Shown here: positions 42,271-52,044 of the stretch, one piece after another | Position numbering within the stretch: position 1 is the first letter of the stretch | Layout: every line of letters starts with the position of its first letter | Virus record (IMG/VR): IMGVR_UViG_3300046522_000512 | Location: 20,791 to 84,790 of that record | DNA from: a virus | Direction: 5' to 3' (one strand) | Length of the DNA: 64,000 bases | The notes under the pieces: model-generated | The model's database searches: none | Seen by the model: the letters and a program-made list of their open reading frames with translations, nothing else | What the model was told of the DNA's origin: nothing | Program-made: the position numbers and the translations under genes

Positions 42271-42657
42271 GTGGAGATCCGATCCGCTGTAGCAGACATG
42301 CTCTCTCCGGCCCGGTGCTGCGCGCCGGGCTGCCGGGCAGTGATCGACGCGGCCGGGAAGATCCCGTTCGGCTGGCGGTTCGAACGCGGCCCGTCGAGTA
42401 ACTGGCTCCACCTGTGCCCGCTGGACTCAGCGGCCTGGGAGAAGCCGGAGCACCGGCCGGTGACCGGATATCAGCCGGCCGACCGCGGGTGCGCCTGCGG
42501 ATTCCGTGCCCCCCTCACCCCGGACTCGACAAACGGCAGCATGGACCGTGCGTACGCCGAGCACCTGGTGCCGTACCTCGGCCCGCACCCCGACCTGGAA
42601 CGCGGAGAACTCGCGGCAGCCCTAGCCGCAGAGAGGCAGTACCCAACCGATGGATGA
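42271..42657 (+). CDS. Hypothetical Cys/His-containing protein
   Basis: ORF in operon; CCAPGC and CACG motifs. Confidence 0.5.
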   Translation: MEIRSAVADMLSPARCCAPGCRAVIDAAGKIPFGWRFERGPSSNWLHLCPLDSAAWEKPEHRPVTGYQPADRGCACGFRAPLTPDSTNGSMDRAYAEHLVPYLGPHPDLERGELAAALAAERQYPTDG

Positions 42658-42778
42658 CGACTCGTGCCCGAACTGTGTGGACGGCACGTGCACCGAGTGC
42701 GACGGCGAGGGCTGCGAGGAGTGCAGTCACGGCGGGGTCTGCCCCGACTGTGACGGCACGGGCCGCCAGGCCGCATGA
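42650..42778 (+). CDS. 42-aa zinc-finger microprotein (4x CxxC, DnaJ-type)
   Basis: GAGAGG RBS; MDDDSCPNCVDGTCTECDGEGCEECSHGGVCPDCDGTGRQAA. Confidence 0.65.
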   Translation: MDDDSCPNCVDGTCTECDGEGCEECSHGGVCPDCDGTGRQAA

Positions 42779-42936
42779 CTGAACACCTTCGAGAGGCGCG
42801 GCGTACGAGCGAACGCTGCGCCCTCTCCGCTCCCGAGAGGACAACCAGATGGCCGAGTCACGGCCGCTGCGCCGCGCGACCGAAACCCGGGCTCCGGGGC
42901 ACCCTGTGCGCCCCGAGACCGGCCAGGAGGCGTGAC

Positions 42937-43530
42937 GTGGGGTTCCGCATCAGCGAGAAGGACTTGGACCGCTTCCCCGGTCTCCGAGCGAAGTACGAGG
43001 CGGCCAAGGAAGCGGCAGCACCTTGGCCGCCGCCGCCGCCGCCCGCCAAGCCGAAGCGGCAGCGCAAGCCGAAGGCCGAGGGCGCGGCGAGCAGCTCGGC
43101 GTACGTGGAGTGCGACGTCGCCGCGGAGGCGGTCGGCGCTCGGCACTGGGTGCTCGAACTACCGCCGGTCGAGCTCATCAACGCCAACGAGGTGCGTGGC
43201 TGGCATTGGCGCAAGGAGCGGGACGTGGCCAGGGCGATACGCGCGGCCGCGGCCGTCGCTGCTCGCGCGGCTGGTGTTCCGCGGCTGACCCGGGCGCGGG
43301 TGCTGTACCTCGTGCACCCGCGGGCGCGTACCCGCGTCTTCGACCCGTCGAACTGGTCGCTGTCGGCGAAGGCCGCGGTGGACGGGCTGTCGGACGCCGG
43401 GCTGTGGAGCGACGACAACGCCGCGGTGGTCACGGGCGTTGATCCCCGGGCGGGATCGCGTCAGAACGGTGCAAACATACGGATGTCCCTGGTCATCATC
43501 GACCAGGGGGACAGGGAAGAAGAGCAGTGA
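42937..43530 (+). CDS. RusA-like Holliday junction resolvase
   Basis: AGGAGG RBS; DPSNWSLSAKAAVDGLSDAGLWSDDN. Confidence 0.75.
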   Translation: MGFRISEKDLDRFPGLRAKYEAAKEAAAPWPPPPPPAKPKRQRKPKAEGAASSSAYVECDVAAEAVGARHWVLELPPVELINANEVRGWHWRKERDVARAIRAAAAVAARAAGVPRLTRARVLYLVHPRARTRVFDPSNWSLSAKAAVDGLSDAGLWSDDNAAVVTGVDPRAGSRQNGANIRMSLVIIDQGDREEEQ

Positions 43531-44135
43531 CGAACCAGATGAGCGAGACGGCGGCCGCCGCTTTCGGGCGCGCAAACGATGCGGTGGATCCCGAAGACCT
43601 GGACGACCACCTGTTCGGCATCGTCGAGAAGGCCGCCGGTTCTCTGCTGCGCGACCGGCACCGGCGAGACTTCCCGCATGCCGCGGTGGGTGACCTGCTG
43701 GCCACGGTGGCGGCGCTGCGGGACGTGCTGGGCCTCTCCTCGACGCCGACAGCCGTCGAGGTCATGGCGTGGGAGCAGCGGCAGGGCGCGGCCAAGCATG
43801 CGGCGAGCGCCGTGCGGGTGGACTACCCGGTGACTTTCCTCGACGGCCCGTACGAGGGCGTGGAGATGACGCTGGAGGGCCCGTCGGGGGCGTACCCGGA
43901 GCCGGGGGACCCGTTGGCGTGGCTGGTGGAGGAGAAGGGCGGTTGGGCGGCCGGTCCGCTCGCGTACGTGCCGCTGCCGGTCGAGGGCCCGCTGTACACC
44001 AGCGTGCGGTACAAGCGGGAGGATGCGCCGCTCCCGGATGGCCGGTGGCGGTACCGGATGCGCACGGACGAGCCCGCTCCTCCGGAGGGTTCCCGGCCGC
44101 CGGCTCGCTGGTTGGCCCGGGGCGCATCGGTGTAA
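43527..44135 (+). CDS. Hypothetical protein
   Basis: Coupled ORF with codon bias. Confidence 0.6.
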   Translation: MTNQMSETAAAAFGRANDAVDPEDLDDHLFGIVEKAAGSLLRDRHRRDFPHAAVGDLLATVAALRDVLGLSSTPTAVEVMAWEQRQGAAKHAASAVRVDYPVTFLDGPYEGVEMTLEGPSGAYPEPGDPLAWLVEEKGGWAAGPLAYVPLPVEGPLYTSVRYKREDAPLPDGRWRYRMRTDEPAPPEGSRPPARWLARGASV

Positions 44136-44160
44136 CGATCACCCAGGCCATCACGTCTAT
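44131..44160 (+). promoter_or_regulatory. Class II ECF-sigma-like promoter
   Basis: TGTAAC-N17-CGTCTAT; one of 5 copies. Confidence 0.75.
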
Positions 44161-44231
44161 CCCGTGCACGGCCCCTGCATCGGCACCCGCCGATACCCCG
44201 CTCAGGCAGGGGCCGTGCACCGGGAGATGCG

Positions 44232-44495
44232 ATGAGCACAGCCACCATGGCCCGCGCGGACGTTCTGCGTGAGGCGTCGCTGACGATCTGTGGCCGCCGC
44301 GAGGGCAAGATGCGGGCCTGCAACTCCTGTCTGCGGAAGGCGGACGCCGTGGTGCACCTGGTGGCCACACCGGTGCTGAACACGGCGCTCCTGCCGCAGA
44401 TCGCGGACATCATCTGTGGTTCGGCCGGTCACCCCTGCGTGGACTGCTGGGAGAAGGCCACCACCCTGCTCTTGGAGCTCCGACGTGACCACTGA
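44232..44495 (+). CDS. Hypothetical protein with CxxC motifs
   Basis: GGGAG RBS; downstream of a class II promoter. Confidence 0.6.
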   Translation: MSTATMARADVLREASLTICGRREGKMRACNSCLRKADAVVHLVATPVLNTALLPQIADIICGSAGHPCVDCWEKATTLLLELRRDH

Positions 44496-45096
44496 CCTCT
44501 TCGACGTCCCGTACCTGGTGCGCGCCCAGGTACGGCGCGACGACCAGGTGCACACGGCGCAGGTTGCCATCTCGGGCGGGGAGTGGGCCGATGCCCCGAT
44601 CACCGCCCGCAAGTTCGCCATCGGCAAGGCCAAGTCGATGCTCTTCCTGAAGGGCCTTCTCTGTTTGCAGTGCGGGGAGTCAGTCGAGGCCTGCCCCATG
44701 GTGCCGTGCCCGGTGTGCCCCCATGTCCGTGTGAGGCTGTGGGACGACCGGGCCGAGTACCCGATCACCGACGACATGCTGCGCGTGTACGTGCCGACGA
44801 CCCGCTTCAACGCCATCGCCACGGTGGACGAGCCGAGGACCCGCTACACCGGCGCCACCACCGCGGTGTACTACGGCCGGGCGACGAGGTACACGGCACA
44901 GGAGTTCCGCGGCACCGACTGGACCGAGATGCCGATGGAGGAGCGGCAGCGCGTCATGCAGGGCCTGGTCGACGAGCTCTTGCGCTTCTACCCGGACACG
45001 GACCGCGCGAGGGTGCGCACGCTCATCAACGACGGCAAGCGTGAGATGCCGTATCCGGCCAACTGGCTTGCTGTGCACAGCGATCAAGCCGGGTAG
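44485..45096 (+). CDS. Hypothetical protein with zinc ribbon
   Basis: CLQC and CPVC; GGAG RBS. Confidence 0.65.
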   Translation: MTTDLFDVPYLVRAQVRRDDQVHTAQVAISGGEWADAPITARKFAIGKAKSMLFLKGLLCLQCGESVEACPMVPCPVCPHVRVRLWDDRAEYPITDDMLRVYVPTTRFNAIATVDEPRTRYTGATTAVYYGRATRYTAQEFRGTDWTEMPMEERQRVMQGLVDELLRFYPDTDRARVRTLINDGKREMPYPANWLAVHSDQAG

Positions 45097-45246
45097 TCTG
45101 AGATACAACAACTGAAGAGAGCCGAACCGCGCGGGTGGTTCGGCTGACGCCAGGCGCACGAGCGAGCGCCAGGCACACGCTCCCGAAACCAGGAGGACTC
45201 TCGTGTCCGCTCTGCGCCCCTTTCTTCTCGGCAGCTCCCTTCTGAC

Positions 45247-45300
45247 GTGACGTGACGTACCCCCGACCAGGGGTTTCGCCCATCACCTACGTCACGTCAC
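45247..45300. promoter_or_regulatory. Inverted repeat GTGACGTGACGTA...TACGTCACGTCAC upstream of the traB-like gene
   Basis: 13-bp perfect arms with a 28-nt spacer; a related IR at 63882-63926. Confidence 0.55.
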
Positions 45301-45317
45301 TTCCCGGGGAGCCTGCT

Positions 45318-47339
45318 GTGCGTACCCTCCGTTCGTCCACGTCGAATGACTCGATACTGGCGCGCGCCGCACTCGGCACCACTGTGCGCGCCGTTGGCCG
45401 CGTCGTGTGCCGCTGGTGCGCACGACGCCGATACGAACTCGCCCCTGTGGCCGCCTCCGCCACGCTGACGGGGCTTGCCTGGCTGCACCACCTGAACGGT
45501 GTGAGCGCCCCGGAGAACCTGGCGTACGGCGCGGCAACTGCCGCTACGGCCGCGATCACGGGGCTCGCACTGAAGCACAAGCACAAGTCGCTGGCGACGG
45601 CGGCCGCGGGCGCAGCAGTCATGTGCAGCAACACGTGGATCGCCGCCGGGCTCGGTCCGTCGATCCCGTCGCTGATCTCCGCGGGGCTGATCACCTGCGG
45701 CGCCTACATCCCCTACATGAAGTGGCTGACGCGGGCCCGGCAGGACCGGCTCAAGCTGCAAGTGGATGCGGCGAAGGCCGGCGTGGGTGCGGAGGCACTC
45801 GGCACCGGCACGGGGACCGCGCTGACCGGGGCGAGCCCGCAGGAGACCAAGCTCATGACCGCCTTGGTGGCGCTGCTGGGCATCCCCGCGGTGGACGTGG
45901 TCGCGCTGGAGCACACGCTCTACGGGTGGCGCGCCGTGGTCGTTCTGCCAGCGGGCAAGAACACGTCTCCGGCGAAGGTGATCGCGCGCCGCGAGCAGCT
46001 GGCCGCGAACCTGGGGATGCCCGGGAAGCTGCGCCTGGCCCGCGGGTTGGAAGACAACGAGCTCGTGGTGTCCATGTACGAGACGGACCCTCTTAGCGAG
46101 ACGCTGTCGTGGCCTGGCCTGTCGACGACCACGTGCCTTGAGCCTGCTGTCCTCGGCATGGATGCCGACGGCGAGCAAGTGCTCGTGAACCTGCTGTACA
46201 ACCACGTGCTGATCGGTGGCGCGTCGGACAACGGCAAGTCGTCGCTGCAGTCGGTGCTGCTCGCGTACGTGGCCGCCTGCGTGGACGCTGAGGCGGTCCT
46301 GATCGACCTGAAGCCGGGCGCGGTCGAGCTCGGCCCGTGGGCGCCGACGGCGCTCGCGCTGGCCGACAGTCCCACTACGGCGCTGCACACGCTTGAGTGG
46401 CTGTGGGGGGAGGTGCAGCGGCGCGGCGAGCTCATGAAGGAGTGGGGCCGCAAGGCGGGTAAGCCGGTGAAGAAGTGGATCCCGGGCGAGCACGGCCCGG
46501 CCATCTTCGTGTTCATCGACGAGCTTGCCGAGCTGATGCGGCAGCTCCCGAACGCGGCGAAGCTCCTCGAATCGCTGCTGCAGGTCGCCCGGTTCACCGG
46601 CATCACGCTGGTGTGCGCCACTCAGTCCCCTTCGAACCGTGTGTTCGGCGGGAACACCGACGGCCGGCAGCAGTACCAGGTGCGTATCGGGCTCGGCGCG
46701 AAGGAGTCCACGACCGCGAACCTGATCTTCGGTCCGGGCGCGTACGGGGACGGCTGGTGCCTGGACGAGCTTGAGGGCCCGGGGTACTTCCTGCGCTGGG
46801 ACCGTCAGAACCAGCTTCCGGTGATCTCCCGTGCGTTCTACATGACTGACGACGAGATCGGGGCGGCTTCGCACCGCTACGCCCGTGGCGCGGAGGGCCA
46901 GGAGGGCGCCCGGGAGCACCCGCAGGACGACCACGAGCCGGACGACGACCCGACGCCGCCGAAGCCGCCCACGCCGCCTTCTGGGGGCGGCCCGGGTGGC
47001 GGGCGTCCGGTGATCTTGCGCGCGGTGCCGACGTTCCCGGACGGGTCGCCGATCGCGGACGAGCGTCACCTCGCGCTGTGGAAGGCGGTGGAGGCGGCCG
47101 GGCACGACGGCATCACCGTCGACAACCTGGTGGCGCTCGGGCTGCCCGAGTTCAACGCCCGGTCGTCGGTGAACGGCCCGCTGTCGCAGTGGCGCAACCG
47201 CGGATGGGTCGAGGAGGCGGGGAAGCAGGGCCGGGCGATGGCGTTCCGGCTCGCCCCGCGTAAGGCGATGTCTGTACAGGCCGGGGTCGACGCCTCCGCC
47301 ACGAGCGAGGAGAGCGCCGCATGCCCGGTGAGTCTGTGA
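45318..47339 (+). CDS. traB: TraB-like FtsK/SpoIIIE conjugative DNA translocase
   Basis: N-terminal TM segments, Walker A GASDNGKS, IDLKPG, VFIDELAEL, C-terminal wHTH-like domain. Confidence 0.85.
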   Translation: MRTLRSSTSNDSILARAALGTTVRAVGRVVCRWCARRRYELAPVAASATLTGLAWLHHLNGVSAPENLAYGAATAATAAITGLALKHKHKSLATAAAGAAVMCSNTWIAAGLGPSIPSLISAGLITCGAYIPYMKWLTRARQDRLKLQVDAAKAGVGAEALGTGTGTALTGASPQETKLMTALVALLGIPAVDVVALEHTLYGWRAVVVLPAGKNTSPAKVIARREQLAANLGMPGKLRLARGLEDNELVVSMYETDPLSETLSWPGLSTTTCLEPAVLGMDADGEQVLVNLLYNHVLIGGASDNGKSSLQSVLLAYVAACVDAEAVLIDLKPGAVELGPWAPTALALADSPTTALHTLEWLWGEVQRRGELMKEWGRKAGKPVKKWIPGEHGPAIFVFIDELAELMRQLPNAAKLLESLLQVARFTGITLVCATQSPSNRVFGGNTDGRQQYQVRIGLGAKESTTANLIFGPGAYGDGWCLDELEGPGYFLRWDRQNQLPVISRAFYMTDDEIGAASHRYARGAEGQEGAREHPQDDHEPDDDPTPPKPPTPPSGGGPGGGRPVILRAVPTFPDGSPIADERHLALWKAVEAAGHDGITVDNLVALGLPEFNARSSVNGPLSQWRNRGWVEEAGKQGRAMAFRLAPRKAMSVQAGVDASATSEESAACPVSL

Positions 47340-47770
47340 TCCCCCAGCACGTTTACCAGCCCGTCCCGTACGTCCAGGCCGCGGCCGAGGTCGTTGTCCA
47401 CGACCCGGCCGACCCGGTCGTCCTCGTGCAGGACCCGCACAACCCCAACCGCTCCATTGCGGTGCTCCGCTCGCAGTTGGCGCCGACCCCGGCAACGCCC
47501 CCGCGGGATCTCACCCCGCGGCCGGCGGTCGACCCGGTGGCGCAGCGGATCGCGGCCACCGGCATAGGCGTCGGGGTGGCGGCCTACGGCGGCGGGCATC
47601 TCCTCATGGGCGCCGCTCAGGTCGCGGCAGCCCTGTCCGGCGTGGGCAGCGCGGTCTTCTCCGTGGCGCTGCTCCTCGCGGTGTGGAAGCTCGCGCCCGG
47701 CCCGCGCGGGAAGGTCGTGAACATCACCAACAAGAACTCGTGGGGCGGCCGGTCGAAGACCACGCTCTGA
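47321..47770 (+). CDS. Spd-like membrane protein (plasmid spread)
   Basis: Two TM segments, Pro-rich N-terminus, follows traB; GAGGAG RBS. Confidence 0.55.
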   Translation: MPGESVIPQHVYQPVPYVQAAAEVVVHDPADPVVLVQDPHNPNRSIAVLRSQLAPTPATPPRDLTPRPAVDPVAQRIAATGIGVGVAAYGGGHLLMGAAQVAAALSGVGSAVFSVALLLAVWKLAPGPRGKVVNITNKNSWGGRSKTTL

Positions 47771-47891
47771 CCCGCACCGCACAGTGGGGGCCCCGGCCGG
47801 TCGGCTGGGGCCCCTTCTCGTGTCCCTGAAGAGCAGGAACGGGGCTCCGAGATCTTGGAAGCCGGACGGGTGCGTGCGATGATCCCGCGTC

Positions 47892-48350
47892 ATGGGGAGA
47901 CACACATGGGGGAGAGCGGCCGCGGGCATTGCCCTGGCGGCCGCGGTCATCAGCACGGCGAGCGGCTGCGGCGGTCACACCGAAGTCGACAAGGGCGAGG
48001 CGAAGAAGCCCGCCGCGGCGGCGCCCAGCTTCAGCAAGGCGTCCGCGGCCTTCCAGGACAAGGCGACGAACACGTACCTGGACGACGAGTGCACGACCGA
48101 GGCCGGGACGTGCTGGGACAGGATGAAGGACATCGTGGCGTCGGCCCGGGTCCTGCGTAAGGCCATGAACGGCGAGAAGAGCGTCGGCGCCGACTTCTGG
48201 ACGGACGCCTACGCGCTGATCAACAAAATGGAGAAGGGTCTTGAGCCGGGCGAGGACTTGGGCGTCAACGAGATGACGTCCAACCGGCCCGCAGTGTTCG
48301 GCTCCGCTCACGATCTCGCGCGGTGGCTCGACGAGCACCCGATCAAGTAG
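47892..48350 (+). CDS. Lipoprotein
   Basis: Signal peptide with lipobox ASG-C. Confidence 0.75.
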   Translation: MGRHTWGRAAAGIALAAAVISTASGCGGHTEVDKGEAKKPAAAAPSFSKASAAFQDKATNTYLDDECTTEAGTCWDRMKDIVASARVLRKAMNGEKSVGADFWTDAYALINKMEKGLEPGEDLGVNEMTSNRPAVFGSAHDLARWLDEHPIK

Positions 48351-48406
48351 CGCTCGCCCGAGCACCACGCGGGGGCCCGTACGGCTGCGTACGGGCCCCT
48401 GTGGCG

Positions 48407-48649
48407 TTACCGGCGGGGGAGTTGACGCCGGGCCCGGGGAGGCGTGTTGGCGCGCTCCACGGTCACGCGGAGGCCTTCCCGGTCGGCGAGCAGCAGCTCG
48501 AACACCTTGCGCTCCCCGGGGCCGCGCTTGCTCAGGGTGGTGACGCTGCTCGCGACGAACGCGGGATGCGCGCGGAGCAGCGGCATCAGCAGGTCCAGGA
48601 GCTCGGTCACCTCGTCGTCGTCGTCACTCATGACGCGGATCTGTGCCAT
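48407..48649 (-). CDS. Hypothetical protein
   Basis: MAQIRVMSDDDDEV..., coupled to the upstream stop. Confidence 0.55.
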   Translation of the reverse strand: MAQIRVMSDDDDEVTELLDLLMPLLRAHPAFVASSVTTLSKRGPGERKVFELLLADREGLRVTVERANTPPRARRQLPRR

Positions 48650-49458
48650 CAGGCGTGTGCCTCGCTGTCCGCCGTCAGGAGCCGGGGCGCTGCGCCGCTC
48701 ACAGTGAACGGGACGCGGGCCGCGACGAGATCGGCAGTTCCGAGGAGCTCGGCAACGTACTCGGTGTCGTCCAGGTCCCGGGGGACCGGGTGGCCGGCGC
48801 CGGGGCCGCAGACCACGGGCACGCCCTCGGGGTGGCTGTTGACCCGGGCGAGCCACTGGGGCGGCAGGGGAGTGGGCGCGTCGAAGAGGACGTAGCCGTC
48901 GGCGTGGGCCAGGCGCAGCGTGGACGGGGCGGACGGCTCCGGGCCGCGGGCGACGGTCGCGGCCCAGCCGGGCGTAGCGAGGTTGCCGATCCGGTAGCGA
49001 AACCCGGCGTCGTAAAGGTGCAGGGACCAGCAGTTGCCCCAGTGGCCGAAGCCGGGGAGGCCGCTGAGAGGCGGCGTGTACGTCAGGGGCTCGATGACCA
49101 GTGCGGGCTCCCCCTCGTAGATGTCCGGCCGGGCCGTGAGGGACAGGACCGCCTTCTTGGCGGGGTCGGCGGCCGAGGGCACGTCGTGCGGGTAGCAGTA
49201 CTTGGCCGGGGTGTCGGACCGCTCGGGGTAGTCGTGCATGCGCATGAGGAAGCCGGGGACCTCGCTCGGCGGCTGGCACGCGTACCAGAACACTGGGTCG
49301 TAGTCGCAGGCGTCCGCGGCCGCCAACTCTTCGGGGCTGGGGCCCTGGTGGGTGGACCAGCGCTCGATGATGCGGCGCGCAGCGGTGTACGTGAGGCTTT
49401 CGGCTTCGGCGAGATCTTGCGCGGCGGCCTTGATGCTGGTGTGGCTGGTCTTCGACAC
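48649..49458 (-). CDS. Hypothetical protein
   Basis: GGGAG RBS, codon bias. Confidence 0.65.
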   Translation of the reverse strand: MSKTSHTSIKAAAQDLAEAESLTYTAARRIIERWSTHQGPSPEELAAADACDYDPVFWYACQPPSEVPGFLMRMHDYPERSDTPAKYCYPHDVPSAADPAKKAVLSLTARPDIYEGEPALVIEPLTYTPPLSGLPGFGHWGNCWSLHLYDAGFRYRIGNLATPGWAATVARGPEPSAPSTLRLAHADGYVLFDAPTPLPPQWLARVNSHPEGVPVVCGPGAGHPVPRDLDDTEYVAELLGTADLVAARVPFTVSGAAPRLLTADSEAHA

Positions 49459-49670
49459 GGCGTCTCCCGAAAGGCGGCAAGGACCCCACGCATCCCGCCG
49501 GTGGAAGAGGCGGTGGACAGCACGAACCAGGACGGTTTCCATCGCGGGCCCTTGGGACCTTGGCCGTGCCGGGAGCGTGGGCCCGGGTAGGCGTGTGGCG
49601 TGCGCATCCAGCCGACACCATCGTATTGGACGTCGGCGGCCTGGTCGTGGAGACGCGCTAATGTCGGCCC

Positions 49671-49880
49671 ATGAGCACGACCACTGAGGATGTGGCGGCC
49701 GCGGCCGCCGACACGCTGGTGTGTACGGCGCGTGGGGCGATCGTCTCCCGGCCGGCGCCCTGTCGGTGCGCGCCGCTGTGGGACGCAGGATGGCGCTGGA
49801 TCGGCACTCAGGGCCTCTACTCGTGCCCCGACTGCCCGCCAGTCCTGATCGTGCGGGACGGCCGACACGTCCGGCCGTAG
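49671..49880 (+). CDS. Small Cys-rich protein
   Basis: TAATGT -10 six nt upstream; CRC and CPDC. Confidence 0.5.
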   Translation: MSTTTEDVAAAAADTLVCTARGAIVSRPAPCRCAPLWDAGWRWIGTQGLYSCPDCPPVLIVRDGRHVRP

Positions 49881-49889
49881 GCTCGGATC

Positions 49890-50147
49890 ATGGCTGACGC
49901 AGAACAGGGAACCGGCGGCGAGGCCGCGACGATCCGCGCTGAACTCGATGCCGTGTTCCCGCCGCTGCGGGACTTGGCCGCGGAGCTGGGCGAGCCTCTG
50001 CTGAACCGGTCGGTGGGGTACGCGTACGGGTACGCGGAGGCGATGCTCGCGGAGGGAAACCTGCCCGCAGCGCGCGCCAAACTGGACTGGATCAAGACGG
50101 AACTGATCAGAGCGTCCCAGCCGAGCCGGGCTACGCGGCCTTCGTAG
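49890..50147 (+). CDS. Hypothetical protein
   Basis: ORF with codon bias. Confidence 0.5.
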   Translation: MADAEQGTGGEAATIRAELDAVFPPLRDLAAELGEPLLNRSVGYAYGYAEAMLAEGNLPAARAKLDWIKTELIRASQPSRATRPS

Positions 50148-50197
50148 CCGCCGGGAGCAGCATGGACACCGCGGCGGGGCGGTTCGGCCGCGGCGTG

Positions 50198-50737
50198 TTA
50201 GCGGCCGGCCTCGGGGTTGGTTCCGGGCTCGAACTCGACCGCCTCGCCCTGGCGATGCTGGCGAAAGCCCATGAGGATCATTCGGGTGCCCTGGTTGAAC
50301 TGCTTGGGCCCGATCCAGTCGCGCATCCCTTTCCAGTCCCCGGCATCCACGAGCGTGCGGCAGCGCGCGCAGGCGTAGAAACGGTCACCGGACAACCAGG
50401 TGCCGCCGAGGCCGCTCAGCCCGAACTCGGTGACCTCGTAGTAGACGGTCGGCCCTGTGCCCGCGCAGAAGTCGCAGATCAGGGTGCCTTCCGGCGCCGC
50501 ACTGAGGTTGAACGGCTCCATCGGGGTGCCGCGCTGCTGCGCGGTGTCACGTTCGGCGAGGGCGTCGAGCATCTGGTCGAGGAGCAGGGTCAGTGCCTCC
50601 CCTCCCTCGGCGCGCCCGTACGCATGGAGTCGGGCGGCCTCGTCCTGGTCGCCGGCTGTCTGTGCGGCGTAGATGCGGTGGATCAGGGTTTGCAGCCAGG
50701 GCCCGTCAGATACGTCGAAGTTGAGACGCTCGGTCAT
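50198..50737 (-). CDS. Hypothetical protein with zinc finger
   Basis: CDFC and CARC. Confidence 0.7.
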   Translation of the reverse strand: MTERLNFDVSDGPWLQTLIHRIYAAQTAGDQDEAARLHAYGRAEGGEALTLLLDQMLDALAERDTAQQRGTPMEPFNLSAAPEGTLICDFCAGTGPTVYYEVTEFGLSGLGGTWLSGDRFYACARCRTLVDAGDWKGMRDWIGPKQFNQGTRMILMGFRQHRQGEAVEFEPGTNPEAGR

Positions 50738-50739
50738 CG

Positions 50740-51177
50740 CTACTGGCCGTCCTCGTTGTCGCCGAGCAGTTCCTTGCGGAAGCGTTCGGTGGCGTCCTTC
50801 TTGGCTCGGATCTGCGCAATGGCCTGGCCATTGGTGATGCGGTCGATGGGGAACAGCACCGGGCCGAGGCGTCCGCCGTGGGTCTGGGCGTATGCGGTGA
50901 TGAGCTGGACGGTCCGCTCGGCGTCGACAATGGGATCCCGGTACACCGAGACCTTGTCTCCGTCCACGTCCACCGCGGGTTCGCTGATCTTCCGGTCGAA
51001 CGTGTCAAGCGCCCGGTGGAGACTGCCGATCTTCTCGTGCACGCTGCGCCAGTTCCCATCCTCCGCGTAGCCGAGGAGGTTGGAAATCTTCTGCACGACT
51101 TCCGCGAAGTCCTCGGCGAGAACGGTCTCCCTGTCGGTTGCGCCGAGCAGCTCGGACAGCCGGGGTCCCTCGGTCAT
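50740..51177 (-). CDS. Hypothetical protein
   Basis: ORF with GAAGGG RBS. Confidence 0.6.
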   Translation of the reverse strand: MTEGPRLSELLGATDRETVLAEDFAEVVQKISNLLGYAEDGNWRSVHEKIGSLHRALDTFDRKISEPAVDVDGDKVSVYRDPIVDAERTVQLITAYAQTHGGRLGPVLFPIDRITNGQAIAQIRAKKDATERFRKELLGDNEDGQ

Positions 51178-51326
51178 GTGTCGCCCTTCGCGCTGGATCT
51201 TCGTGACGATCCAGTCTTGCAGGGCACGCGCGCCGTCCTGCCCCGAATGCCTCAAACAATCATGTGCGCAGCCCGGTTCACGGGGCGGCGGGCTCCGGGC
51301 CCCGGAGCTCGTCGAGGTGCAGAGGA

Positions 51327-51941
51327 CTACGCCCGGCGCAGCATCCGCGCCCAGATCGAAGGCGGAGGTTGAAGCACCGCGTTGGCGGCTTGCCCGAAGC
51401 TGCGCAGCGCCTCCTCGAAGCGCTGGTGGTTGTTGATCGAGCCCGCGGCTTCCATGACGGCTTGGACGGCTTGGACCAGGCGCTCGTCCTGGTGCCGGGT
51501 CAATGGCACGGCTGCCGTGCCGAGCTGCACGGTCGATGCCTGCACGCTGGCCAGGGCGGTCTTGCGGGCGTGGATTTCCCGGCTCATGAGGTGTGCGGCG
51601 TCACGCAGGCCTGCGGCATAGCGCCAGTTGTCAGAGCGGCCGCTGACGTCTGCGCTGGCCCACCCGCCGATGGATCCCAGGATGACGATGGCGGTGGCCC
51701 GGATCTTCTCCTTGGGGCCTTCCCAGATGATCTCGCTCGTCTGGGCTGCCGCACGGACGACGGCCGCCGCGGTGATGAAGGCGTCGACTTGGGCCTGCAG
51801 GGTGGCCCGATCGACGGCGCGATCCTGCCGGTCTCGGGCGCGGTTGGTGAGCGTGTTCGTCAGGAAGGCGATCAGGACCGCGGCGAGGACTTGAAGGATG
51901 GTGTCGCCGTGCCTGGTGAGGGTGTTGAGGGCGTTATGCAC
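51327..51941 (-). CDS. Hypothetical membrane protein
   Basis: N-terminal TM segment. Confidence 0.55.
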   Translation of the reverse strand: MHNALNTLTRHGDTILQVLAAVLIAFLTNTLTNRARDRQDRAVDRATLQAQVDAFITAAAVVRAAAQTSEIIWEGPKEKIRATAIVILGSIGGWASADVSGRSDNWRYAAGLRDAAHLMSREIHARKTALASVQASTVQLGTAAVPLTRHQDERLVQAVQAVMEAAGSINNHQRFEEALRSFGQAANAVLQPPPSIWARMLRRA

Positions 51942-52044
51942 GCGAGCAGTGTTGCGGCTGCTCGCTGGCCTGTGAGGGGCTGTGTCGGTACTGGAACAGA
52001 ACGCAGACGTGGCCGGGACTGTCGTCGGCGGCCGCGCGCTGAAC

